DNA of 64,000 nucleotides. Source: an uncultured bacterium. Its GTDB lineage: Bacteria > Muiribacteriota > Ozemobacteria > Ozemobacterales > Ozemobacteraceae. The stretch covers positions 295 to 64,294 of the forward strand of contig CAYYIY010000001.1 of assembly GCA_964472075.1 (NCBI GenBank). Reading direction: 5' to 3'. Under the pieces are notes generated by a model, which was given only the letters and a program-made list of their open reading frames with translations, was not told the origin of the DNA and made no database searches. Made by a program: the position numbers and the translations under genes. Positions 1 through 8,328 of the stretch are shown here, piece by piece (the first letter of the stretch is position 1; every line of letters begins with the position of its first letter).

Positions 1-1042
1 CCTCGCCGCCCATTCCCATCGGCTCATGGTGTACCAAGCCCGGCTCGAGCAGATCCGCCAGCACCTTCTCGAAAAAGCCGGTGAGAGACGCATCATTTCG
101 GGTCGAGGGATACCCGCGCTGAATCTGCAGGCGATAATCGCCGCCCAGCGATCGACTGACGGAGAGAGCGGCGCGCACTTCGTCGATCAGAGCCTCTCGC
201 ACTGTCGGGTTGAAGCTGCGCAGCGTGCCCTCCAGATGAACCTCGGCAGGCAGAATGTTGTTCGCGGTACCGCCATGGATCTGCCCAAGACTGACGACGG
301 CCGGTTCGAGGGGATTGATGCGCCGACTCACAATAGCGTACAAGGCACTGAGAACCGGAACAAGCATCCACAGAGGGTCGCGACCATCGTGAGGATACGC
401 GCCGTGACCGCCCTGAGCGGTGATCGTCGCCCGAAACGTATCGACGGCGGCACTGTATGGACCCGGCTGCACGCGCACATAGCCGAGAGGCCGAGTGGCG
501 TCGACGTGCAGTCCGAAGATGGCGGATACTTCAGCGAGAGCGCCGTCGGCGATCATGCGGGGAGCGCCGCTCAAGCCTTCGGCATCCTGATGTTCCTCGG
601 CCGGTTGAAAAAGCACGCGAACCCTGCCGGGCAGCGCCTGCTCACGGTGTCGATCGGCGAGCAGACGCGCGGCGCCGAGAGCCATCGCGATGTGCGCATC
701 ATGTCCGCACGCGTGCATGACATTCGGCACCGTCGACGCATACGAACGGCTGCGTTCCTCCTGAATCGGCAGAGCATCCATATCGGCGCGGAGAGCCACG
801 AGGCGCCCACTGGAGGGGCCGATATCCACACAGACGCCGGTTTTTCCCACACCGGATCTGACGGCATTGATGCCCCAACCCTTGAGGGTCTTCACGATGA
901 GCGCGGCGGTCTGCACCTCCTGAAAGGCGATTTCCGGGTAGGCGTGGAAGCTGCGTCTCAAGGCAATCAATTCTTCCGCAAGCGCTTCGGCACGAACCAG
1001 AGGCTGGGGCAGGGCGGTGGTGTTCGCAGGTTTCGGGGTCAT
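1..1042 (-). CDS. M20 family amidohydrolase/peptidase (hippurate hydrolase/YxeP-like); 3' end lies beyond window start
   Basis: Manual translation of the minus frame from the ATG at 1040-1042 gives MTPKPANTTALPQPLVRAEALAEELIALRRSFHAYPEIAFQE...VPNVMHACGHDAHIAMALGAARLL...PGRVRVLFQPAEE.... No stop occurs before position 1, which is why it is absent from the ORF track. The start overlaps the stop of the upstream gene by 4 nt. Confidence 0.8.
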   Translation of the reverse strand, partial: MTPKPANTTALPQPLVRAEALAEELIALRRSFHAYPEIAFQEVQTAALIVKTLKGWGINAVRSGVGKTGVCVDIGPSSGRLVALRADMDALPIQEERSRSYASTVPNVMHACGHDAHIAMALGAARLLADRHREQALPGRVRVLFQPAEEHQDAEGLSGAPRMIADGALAEVSAIFGLHVDATRPLGYVRVQPGPYSAAVDTFRATITAQGGHGAYPHDGRDPLWMLVPVLSALYAIVSRRINPLEPAVVSLGQIHGGTANNILPAEVHLEGTLRSFNPTVREALIDEVRAALSVSRSLGGDYRLQIQRGYPSTRNDASLTGFFEKVLADLLEPGLVHHEPMGMGGE

Positions 1043-2127
1043 GATCGCTCCTCTCGTTTTCGCAGGGCCGGCAGACGATGAATCTGCAGGTATACGCCGT
1101 CATACTGCCTCAGCTCGGGGTATCGGCGCAAGGTTTCAGCCTTCAGCCGCTCATAGACCGCCGGGTTCCAGATGCGGCGACCGGTGCGAAAGAGCGACCG
1201 GCGACCCCCTACTCCCGACTTGAAGCGCAGCAGGGAATTATCGGCGGACGAATCGCTGCCGCCCCCCAGATGCAGATATCTGATCCCGGGTGTCCGGCAC
1301 GCCGTCTGTATCAATTCGCTGAACAGCAGATTGTTCGGGCGCAGGTTTAGCAGATCGGCGTCTGAAGCTCCGAGGTGATAATGGAGAAAGGGCGGCGACT
1401 CAAAACAGAGGGCGGCTGCGGCAATGCGATCGCCTGAACGAACCACAAACAACCGCGGCTTCAGCGACGGTGATGTTAATGCGTCCCAGTATGCCTCCTT
1501 GAAATAGTATATGGGATCTGCATGTAATCGATCCATGGTTGTGAGGTAGAGTTGTCTGAACTCCTGCCGATAGTCGGCATACGACCGTTCGGAAAACGTC
1601 AGCCCCGCCTGTCGCGCCACCCTGATACCGCGGCGAAAGGCCGAGGACATCGGTTCGTCGGCCGAAGGCCCGCTTTCGTCCGAGTTGGTGACGCAGGAAA
1701 CCCAGACGGTCTGACGATCAACGTTGATGCGATACTGCGCGTCGGTCACGAAGCGGGCATTGTCGAGCAGCGGGTGAAAGCGAATGAATTCACTGACCAC
1801 TCCACTTTTTTCGGCCCAGGCGGCAAAAGCCCGCCAGGCGGCGTCGAGAAACTCTCGATCTTCGGTATTGGCAAGCGGCCCGCCGTATCCATACGGCGTT
1901 TCAAGGTCGACTCCGTCGCTGCCATCGATGGCGTGTACCAGAAAGCTGTGCAGAAATACCTTGTCTGATGAGCGATACACGAACACGGTCGGGCGGCCCT
2001 GAGTCTCGGCCTGCCACGATCGAAACCAGGCATATTCCCAATACACATCCCAGGGGAGCGGAGGTGTTGCCGCGGGAGGCCCGTCGGCCCACGACTCACA
2101 GATCAGCGGGTTGCCGTGATGATCCAA
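1039..2127 (-). CDS. FemAB/CelD-like GNAT-fold acyltransferase (BioF2-like N-acyltransferase family)
   Basis: A 362-aa ORF with a C-terminal LHLGGGSDSSADNSLLRFKSGVGG motif typical of the FemAB/Acetyltransf_6 family. It overlaps the downstream M20 gene by 4 nt and the upstream methyltransferase by 25 nt. Confidence 0.6.
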   Translation of the reverse strand: MDHHGNPLICESWADGPPAATPPLPWDVYWEYAWFRSWQAETQGRPTVFVYRSSDKVFLHSFLVHAIDGSDGVDLETPYGYGGPLANTEDREFLDAAWRAFAAWAEKSGVVSEFIRFHPLLDNARFVTDAQYRINVDRQTVWVSCVTNSDESGPSADEPMSSAFRRGIRVARQAGLTFSERSYADYRQEFRQLYLTTMDRLHADPIYYFKEAYWDALTSPSLKPRLFVVRSGDRIAAAALCFESPPFLHYHLGASDADLLNLRPNNLLFSELIQTACRTPGIRYLHLGGGSDSSADNSLLRFKSGVGGRRSLFRTGRRIWNPAVYERLKAETLRRYPELRQYDGVYLQIHRLPALRKREERS

Positions 2128-2774
2128 TGTCGAACCTCGTGAGTACGATTTTCGTATGTCCGAGTGCTCATCTCGAGAGAGTAGCTTTCGAAGGGCGTCA
2201 GCAATTCTCGTATTTCATCTTCGATGGCAAAATGCGTGATTCCCTCACCCGCATACGGGCCGGCGGAAATGTCGGTGTATGTCCGGGGTTCGATCTGACG
2301 CCCGAGCCCATCACCCCATGAGCCGTGTGCCAGCATCATCGAGAAGAATCTCCCGCCTGGTCTAAGAACTCGATGAATCTCGTAAAAGATGGCTCGCATC
2401 GAAGCCATGCGGTTTTGCTGAATAGCCGCGATATCGATCACGCCGTCAAACGATGCGGTTTTCAACGGCAGATGAAGGAGATCGGTCTGCGCCCAGGTTC
2501 CAGACAGCCGTTCGGCGGTTAACCGTTCGTGCGCCAGCTGCAGTGCTGTGGGCGAACCGTCGATGCCGGTGACGGAAAAGCCTTCACGAGCAAGATACCA
2601 GCAGCAGGAACCCGGCCCGCAGCCGGCATCGAGCAGTCTTACCGCTTTGCGATCGGGAGCGCGATAGAAAGAGCGGGCAACAAAGCGAATCAGTTCTTCC
2701 GGTGGATACTTTCCCCATGCACGAGTCCGAAAGATTTCTTCCCAGACCGGGTCCCAGCTGGTGTGAGCCATCAT
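2103..2774 (-). CDS. class I SAM-dependent methyltransferase
   Basis: A 223-aa ORF with the SAM-binding motif LLDAGCGPGSCCWYLAREGFSVTGIDGS and a post-I acidic residue. Its ATG overlaps the intI stop (ATGA). Confidence 0.8.
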   Translation of the reverse strand: MMAHTSWDPVWEEIFRTRAWGKYPPEELIRFVARSFYRAPDRKAVRLLDAGCGPGSCCWYLAREGFSVTGIDGSPTALQLAHERLTAERLSGTWAQTDLLHLPLKTASFDGVIDIAAIQQNRMASMRAIFYEIHRVLRPGGRFFSMMLAHGSWGDGLGRQIEPRTYTDISAGPYAGEGITHFAIEDEIRELLTPFESYSLEMSTRTYENRTHEVRHWIITATR

Positions 2775-4222
2775 CGGTCACCAGCCTTCGGCGACTTGCC
2801 GACTCGAGCGGGCCGAACGGGCAACGAGCGAGAGGCAGCCCGACTGCCGAGCACAGGCCTGGTCTGAAGCGGCGGGATTCCGGGCAGATCGAGCGGACTG
2901 ATGACCGTGACTCCGGGGCGTTTGAGCACATGGGTGTAGATCATGGTCGTGCTGACATCTGAGTGACCAAGGAGTTCCTGAACAGTGCGGATATCGTGCC
3001 CATGTTCGAGCAGATGGGTGGCAAACGAGTGACGCAGCGTGTGAACACTGGTCGTCGCCGGCAGACCGGCTGCATGAACCGCCGCTTTCACGGCTTTCTG
3101 AAGCGAGTTTTCATGAACATGGTGACGACGGATTTTACGCGATCGCGGGTCAGGTGAAAGTTTCGACGAGGGGAACACATACTGCCACTGGATATCGCGT
3201 GATGCGGACCTGTACTTTCTGTCAAGCGTATCGGGCAGAGCGACCTCGCCGTAGCCGAGTTTCAGATCCTGCTCATGAAGAGAACGCACGCGTTCGATCT
3301 GTTCGGCCAGTGCACGTTCGAGCGTGCGCGGCAAGGGCACCACTCGGTCTTTTCCGCCTCTTCCCTCTCGGACGATGATCTGATGTTGCTGGAAATCAAC
3401 ATCCTTGATACGCAGACGCAGACATTCCATGAGTCGCATGCCGGTTCCGTAGATCAGTTCAGCCATGAGGCGCGGAGTGCCGTCGAGGTGGTCGAGCAGA
3501 TCTCGCACCTGTTCCCGGGTCAGAACCGCCGGAATTCGCTGGGGCACCTTGGCGCGGACAATTCCGTCAAGTGAGCCCGGAGGAAGCTGCAGTACATGTT
3601 GATAAAGAAAAAGCAGCGCATGCATTGCCTGATTCTGCGTGCTTGAACTCACTTTTGCCTTGAGCGCGAGATGCGTGAGAAACGCCTGAATGTCGCCCTC
3701 GCTCAGATCGAGCGGCAAACGCGGGTGATGGAAGGCAAAGAATCTCGCCGCCCAACTGAGGTAAGCCTTTTCGGTTCGAATGGAGTAGTGTCGCACGCGC
3801 ACTTCGTTGCACAATCGGCTCATGGCCGCCTTCACATCGACAGGACAAGCCGTGGCAGTCAAAGCACCCGTTGTTTTTCCTGCAAGGTCGGTGCGCGCTT
3901 CATCGACAGACGGTCTCTGCGGCCAGTGTTTCGCCCAATCAGCCCGCAATACCTCCTGGAACAACACTCGCAAGGTCATGTCAGCCTGTTCGATCTGCCA
4001 TGGTTGAATGCGATGATTGCCGATCAATCGATCGAGAAACGTGAGAATGTGTCGACTCTTCACCTGCGGTAACGGAATTCCGTGCAGAAACCGGCCGAAC
4101 TGCACCGCCCAGTTGAGGCAAAAATCAATCTGCTTTTCCGGCACTTTCCGATGCCGCAACGTCTCGCCGAGTGCCTGCAACACTCGCTCATCAAACACCG
4201 AGCCGTTTTCCATGTTGCTCAA
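2771..4222 (-). CDS. intI: integron integrase (IntI family tyrosine recombinase) with duplicated N-terminal core-binding domain
   Basis: A 483-aa ORF. The C-terminal 340 aa align by eye to IntI1, including the IntI-specific insert (LPDTLDRKY...IQWQYVFPSSKLSPDPRSRKIRRHHVHE) and catalytic boxes (LRHSFATHLL, GHDIRTVQELLGHSDVSTTMIYTHVL). The extra N-terminal 140 aa repeat the SAM-like core-binding fold. Confidence 0.9.
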   Translation of the reverse strand: MSNMENGSVFDERVLQALGETLRHRKVPEKQIDFCLNWAVQFGRFLHGIPLPQVKSRHILTFLDRLIGNHRIQPWQIEQADMTLRVLFQEVLRADWAKHWPQRPSVDEARTDLAGKTTGALTATACPVDVKAAMSRLCNEVRVRHYSIRTEKAYLSWAARFFAFHHPRLPLDLSEGDIQAFLTHLALKAKVSSSTQNQAMHALLFLYQHVLQLPPGSLDGIVRAKVPQRIPAVLTREQVRDLLDHLDGTPRLMAELIYGTGMRLMECLRLRIKDVDFQQHQIIVREGRGGKDRVVPLPRTLERALAEQIERVRSLHEQDLKLGYGEVALPDTLDRKYRSASRDIQWQYVFPSSKLSPDPRSRKIRRHHVHENSLQKAVKAAVHAAGLPATTSVHTLRHSFATHLLEHGHDIRTVQELLGHSDVSTTMIYTHVLKRPGVTVISPLDLPGIPPLQTRPVLGSRAASRSLPVRPARVGKSPKAGDR

Positions 4223-4610
4223 TTCTCACTCATGGATTAACGTGTCTCTACACAGGGAGGGCCGGAAAGTCGCCATGCGGAGCACCTCAAACAACCCAAC
4301 GTTCTATGCATAACAGATTATGCAGAAACGCGTCAACCCCTTCCCTGCATTTCCCAATAAGCAACAATATGCATAACAGCTCATTATGGCAGAAAACCAA
4401 AGGGCAAATTGAGGGCAGAAATTTAGGTCCAAATACCAAATGAAAGCCAAATTTGCGAACAACAGAGCTATAACAAAGCCTTTCAGCGGAACGCGGGGCC
4501 TGGGCACATGCCTTGCGGACGCAACGCGTGCGCCCAAAACGGCCCCGTTCCCTCGCTTCGCTCGGCGTCCGCAGATGGCATTACACCGAGCAGAGAAAGC
4601 CTGAACCAAA
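4223..4610. promoter_or_regulatory. candidate attI/Pc region of the integron (low-GC, repeat-containing spacer between intI and the first gene)
   Basis: Location is immediately 5' of intI. The segment is AT-richer than its flanks. It contains direct repeats of tatgcataacag (4305-4316 and 4368-4379) and a GC-rich block at 4491-4572 with interleaved inverted repeats. No canonical GTTRRRY core could be identified by eye. Confidence 0.3.
4304..4392. repeat. pair of 22-26 bp direct repeats (ctatgcataacagattatgcag / atatgcataacagctcattatggcag), 63 bp apart
   Basis: Read directly from the sequence. Coordinates were anchored on the codons of the overlapping frame-shadow ORF 4171..4443. Confidence 0.6.
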
Positions 4611-5405
4611 ATGAATCTGAAGCTCCCTCCGACTCTTTCAAAGATTGCAACAAATTTCCGCGTTGTGCGTGACAGAATGGGAATGTCCCCTGCCAAGGTC
4701 TACAGACTAACCAATGGCCATGACACATTGTTTTTAAAGATTTCCGATTCTCGCTACGATGGGACGACATACGATGTTCAGCGAGAAATGAATACCATGC
4801 TTTGGCTCAAAGGGAAATTGCCGGTTCCTGAGGTCATTCATTTTGAAGAGCATGAAGGCCGTAAATATCTGCTCATGTCAGCAGCGCATGGGATCCTGTT
4901 ATCTCAAGAAAACGAAATCTTTAAAAATCCAAACCGTGCAATTCAATACTTTGCGCAAGGGATACACTTGTTACAATCAATCGATGTTTCAAAGTGCCCT
5001 TACGACAACTGCGTAAAGAACAGGCTGGCCGAATTACACTTCCTCATGTCCCATGACCTGGCCGATGTAGACGTCACCCACTGGGAAAGTGACACACCAT
5101 TTCAGGATCCAGATGCTCTGTTTCGCTTTCTTAACGAGAATGTTCCCCCTGAAGAATTTGTTCTTTCTCATGGAGATTTTGGAGATAGTAACCTTTTCGT
5201 CGAGAATGGCCGGGTTTCAGGAATAATTGATCTTGGCAGGACCGGCAAAGCCGACAAGTGGTGTGATATTGCATTTTGTGTTCGGGCGCTACGGACCGAT
5301 TTTGGTGCGGATGAAAAACTCATAAACGTTTTCTTCCAGGAGATCGACATTCCCCCAAACTGGGATCGAATGAAATACTACATCCTGCTGGATGAGCTGT
5401 TCTAA
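4611..5405 (+). CDS. aph(3'): aminoglycoside 3'-phosphotransferase, APH(3')-III-like (kanamycin/neomycin resistance family)
   Basis: A 264-aa ORF that is end-to-end collinear with APH(3')-IIIa: GMSPAKVYRL, DSRYDGTTYDVQREMNTMLWLKGKLPVPEV, DVSKCPYDN, HGDFGDSNLFVENGRVSGIIDLGRTGKADKWCDIAFCVRALRTDFG and the C-terminal KYYILLDELF. GC content is about 40% against about 60% in flanking genes. Confidence 0.9.
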   Translation: MNLKLPPTLSKIATNFRVVRDRMGMSPAKVYRLTNGHDTLFLKISDSRYDGTTYDVQREMNTMLWLKGKLPVPEVIHFEEHEGRKYLLMSAAHGILLSQENEIFKNPNRAIQYFAQGIHLLQSIDVSKCPYDNCVKNRLAELHFLMSHDLADVDVTHWESDTPFQDPDALFRFLNENVPPEEFVLSHGDFGDSNLFVENGRVSGIIDLGRTGKADKWCDIAFCVRALRTDFGADEKLINVFFQEIDIPPNWDRMKYYILLDELF

Positions 5406-5474
5406 CTTTCATTCCCGGAGTCGTGACAAAACACTTGATTTCGACCTCTCGTTCTGCTAAACTGATCAAACAAT

Positions 5475-5561
5475 GCCCGGGTGGTGAAATTGGCAAACAC
5501 GTAAGATTCAGGATCTTATGCCTACTACTGGCTTGCGGGTTCAAGTCCCGCCCTGGGCACC
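5475..5561 (+). tRNA. tRNA-Leu (anticodon CAG), class II with long variable arm
   Basis: Folded by hand. The acceptor stem GCCCGGG pairs with CCTGGGC (one G-T wobble). The D-arm GTG/CAC carries AATTGGCAAA. The anticodon stem TAAGA/TCTTA has loop TTCAGGA, giving anticodon CAG. There is a 16-nt variable arm, a T-arm GCGGG-TTCAAGT-CCCGC and discriminator A at 5559. It closely parallels E. coli tRNA-Leu(CAG). Confidence 0.85.
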
Positions 5562-5564
5562 CAG

Positions 5565-5593
5565 ACGACCCTTTCGAGGGTCGTTTTCGTTTT
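5565..5593 (+). terminator. rho-independent terminator after tRNA-Leu
   Basis: A 7-bp stem ACGACCC/GGGTCGT with loop TTTCGA is followed by TTTTCGTTTT. Confidence 0.55.
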
Positions 5594-5677
5594 AGACGGT
5601 TTTTCACGCGACGACAAACTTTCGTCGATTTATCTGGTAGAATAGAGAAGTAAACTCTGCGGTATGGAGGATAGAGT

Positions 5678-6706
5678 ATGAAGCTCCCCGTCGCGAAAGT
5701 CATCGTGCTTCTGCTGTCGTTCACGGCTCTGGCTTCGATGGCGCCCATGTTCGCTCAGGGTACAAACCCCTACGGCGATTCAAACCTCGGAACGATCACG
5801 ACCGGCACGCAAGGGACAACCGGAACTGCGGCCACATCAGGCGCAGCGACAGGGCTGACACAGGTCACCCGCACCGTGACCGCCTGGGTACGGAACGATC
5901 TGGCGAAGGTCGACGGCAAGGTGGTGGTCATCGCACGCGACAGCGTGAATCTGCGCAGCGGGCCGGGCACCAACTTCGAAATCATTCAGGCGGCGAATGC
6001 CGGGGCCAGGTTCACCCTCCAGGGCGAGCAGAACGGTTGGTACAAGATCGCCATCGTCACCACCGAGCCGGCGCCTGTTTCAGAGCCGAAGTCCGTCGAC
6101 GAAGCGCAGGCCAACTTTCTGCAGGCATACAAGAAATACACCGAATCGACGCTCGCGAACGGGCGCAGTCATCCGACGAGTCAGGCGGCCCTGAAGGGCT
6201 TTCGGTCGACGTATGCCACATACAAGCAGTTTACCCGCGAATCGAAGGCACTCGCCGACATTCGGGCCAAACGCCGTCAGGTCGACAAGGTCGTCGTCAG
6301 CAAAGCCTCTTTCACCGCCACGGTGTATTCGAACGGCGAAGTCGTGCGGGTCTTTCCGATCGCCTACGGCTCGAACCCTGACGGACTCAACAAACAGAAG
6401 CAAGGCGACTGCCGCACGCCCGAAGGCTCGTTCCAGATCGTCGGCAAGGCGGTGAATCCCCCTTATCGCGGCATCCCGGGGCAGGTCATTCCCGGCGGCG
6501 CTCCGAATAATCCGTTCGGCACCCGCTTCATGGCGCTGAACACCTGGGGCGGAAGCATCGGCATGCACGGTACTTCCAACCCCAACTCGATCGGCAGTCG
6601 TGCATCACACGGCTGTATGCGCATGTTCACCGAAGACGCTGAAGAGCTGTACGATCTGGTCAAAGTCGGCACGCCGGTGATCATCAAGCCGGTCAAGGAA
6701 GGCTGA
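5678..6706 (+). CDS. L,D-transpeptidase (YkuD domain) with SH3b domain, secreted
   Basis: A signal peptide is followed by a Thr/Gly-rich linker. The SH3b-like segment reads VNLRSGPGTNFEIIQAANAGARFTLQGEQNGWYKI. The catalytic motif reads SHGCMRM. An RBS GGAGG lies upstream. Confidence 0.85.
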   Translation: MKLPVAKVIVLLLSFTALASMAPMFAQGTNPYGDSNLGTITTGTQGTTGTAATSGAATGLTQVTRTVTAWVRNDLAKVDGKVVVIARDSVNLRSGPGTNFEIIQAANAGARFTLQGEQNGWYKIAIVTTEPAPVSEPKSVDEAQANFLQAYKKYTESTLANGRSHPTSQAALKGFRSTYATYKQFTRESKALADIRAKRRQVDKVVVSKASFTATVYSNGEVVRVFPIAYGSNPDGLNKQKQGDCRTPEGSFQIVGKAVNPPYRGIPGQVIPGGAPNNPFGTRFMALNTWGGSIGMHGTSNPNSIGSRASHGCMRMFTEDAEELYDLVKVGTPVIIKPVKEG

Positions 6707-6737
6707 CAGCGAATCTCGCGATCTCAAGGAACATCTC

Positions 6738-7568
6738 ATGAAAGCCCGCTCTCTTCTGTTGCTCGCGTGTGGTTTCTGGTTCGGTTCGACGGCGCTTCTG
6801 ACAGCCCAGGAAACAGCCCTGATCGAACTTCCGAAAAGTTCGGTCGCGCTTCAAAGCACCTCATACGATATCGCCAACGAGGGCGCGAAGCTGGCGGCAG
6901 CCGGCAAGACACGCCTGGCCGAAGAACTGCTCGGAAAAGCGGTCATCCGGCATCCGCAGTCACCCGAGGTCTTGTACAACTTCGGTCTGGTCCTGGCCCT
7001 CAACGGCAATCTGCAACAGGCGGCCCAGGCTCAGGGAAAAGCCATCGAGCTGCGTCCTGGTTTCGCCGAAGCCCATCTGGCCATCGGCACCGTTTTTCTC
7101 GGGCTGCAACAGAACGAAGAAGCCGTCAAGGCTTTCGAAAATGCGAGCAAACTGGCATCTGCTTCAGAGACCGGGATTTCGGCACGGTACAACCTGGCAA
7201 TTGCTCTCGGACGCGTCGGGCGCGATGGAGAGGGCGAGCAGATTTTAAGCGAACTGCTGGCCGAAAACCCCGACGACGCCCTTCCCGCTCTGCAGATCGG
7301 CCGGCTCAAACTGCGCCGCCGACTCTGGAACGACGCGATCGCCTGGCTCGATGCCGCCCGGCACCAGTATCCGCTCGAAGCAGGCGTTTTGCGCGGACAG
7401 GCGCTGGCGAAGCTCGGAAGATGGTCCGAGGCCCTTGAAACGGTGCGGCAGACCCGGCGCCGATTGCAGACCGACGGAGTTGATTCCGAGCTGCGCACCC
7501 GCCTCGAGAAACACTTGCAGGCGATAGAGTCAGAAGTGGCCGCCGGCCGTCGACGCGGCGAAGGGTAG
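6738..7568 (+). CDS. TPR-repeat protein with signal peptide
   Basis: A 276-aa ORF with an N-terminal signal peptide and TPR-like helical repeats (LYNFGLVLALNGNLQQAAQAQGKAIEL...). Confidence 0.7.
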   Translation: MKARSLLLLACGFWFGSTALLTAQETALIELPKSSVALQSTSYDIANEGAKLAAAGKTRLAEELLGKAVIRHPQSPEVLYNFGLVLALNGNLQQAAQAQGKAIELRPGFAEAHLAIGTVFLGLQQNEEAVKAFENASKLASASETGISARYNLAIALGRVGRDGEGEQILSELLAENPDDALPALQIGRLKLRRRLWNDAIAWLDAARHQYPLEAGVLRGQALAKLGRWSEALETVRQTRRRLQTDGVDSELRTRLEKHLQAIESEVAAGRRRGEG

Positions 7569-7593
7569 TGAGGTATACTCCCCTTGTTCGCAC

Positions 7594-8328
7594 TTGGAAT
7601 GGAGGAATGGGGGGAGCAGCATGAGCAGACTCTTTTTTGCGGGGTTGATCGGAAGCCTGCTTTCAGGCCTGATCGCGGGATGGTTGCGATACTGGCTCGG
7701 ATTCATGGTGATTTTTCACGGTCTGGCGTTCGCTCTACTGACCACCTGGATCTTCAACCGCCTGCGCCCCGCTCCGGCACCTGGATATCTCTGGACCAAC
7801 GCCGCCGCCTGGTCATCGGCGCCCGTGTTTCTGGCAGCCTTCTGGGGGGCGCAGATCGCCGGTCTCGGCCTGGCTCAGCCCGTCTTTGATCCGCTGCAGT
7901 TCTTTCTGCAGATCGCCGGCGGCAGCGAGGGCGAAAGCTTTATGGCCATGACCCGGCACCGCACCTACAGCGGAGGTCTGACCGGGCTATTCTGGATCTT
8001 CACCAACCTGCTCGATTCCGGTCTCATGCTGGTCTTCTTTGCCACCATGATGCGTGACGATGAAGAGACTGAAACATCGACGGCAAAGGCCGACAGCGAT
8101 GTTGTCGAGAACGATGAAGACGATGAAGACGCAGAGGAGGCCGAAGAAGACGCCGACGTAAGCACGGCATCTGATCAAAATGTTTCCGGGAACAGGGGGT
8201 CGACAGGTTCGGGCAATCGGCAGGCGTCCGAGTCAGACACAGCCGTATCGGTCTCAAAAAGCTGTGATGCGGTAGACGAAAACACTCAGAATTCCGGAAC
8301 AAAACAGGCAAAGGAACCCCGGCCATGA
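7594..8328 (+). CDS. membrane protein (4 predicted TM helices) with poly-acidic C-terminal tail
   Basis: Hydrophobic segments are followed by DDEETETSTAKADSDVVENDEDDEDAEEAEEDAD. The true start may be the internal Met at 7621. The next gene overlaps it by 4 nt. Confidence 0.55.
   Translation: MEWRNGGSSMSRLFFAGLIGSLLSGLIAGWLRYWLGFMVIFHGLAFALLTTWIFNRLRPAPAPGYLWTNAAAWSSAPVFLAAFWGAQIAGLGLAQPVFDPLQFFLQIAGGSEGESFMAMTRHRTYSGGLTGLFWIFTNLLDSGLMLVFFATMMRDDEETETSTAKADSDVVENDEDDEDAEEAEEDADVSTASDQNVSGNRGSTGSGNRQASESDTAVSVSKSCDAVDENTQNSGTKQAKEPRP

Noticed and set aside
26-1081. 351-aa plus-strand ORF
   Set aside because: It is Arg/Gly-rich with no motifs, a typical antisense frame shadow in high-GC DNA. 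The real gene is the M20 amidohydrolase on the minus strand, which runs off the window edge.
5406-5474. Canonical attC site after the aph gene
   Set aside because: No RYYYAAC/GTTRRRY core pair or clean imperfect palindrome could be identified by eye in the 69 bp before the tRNA. This is left as a computational check rather than a call.
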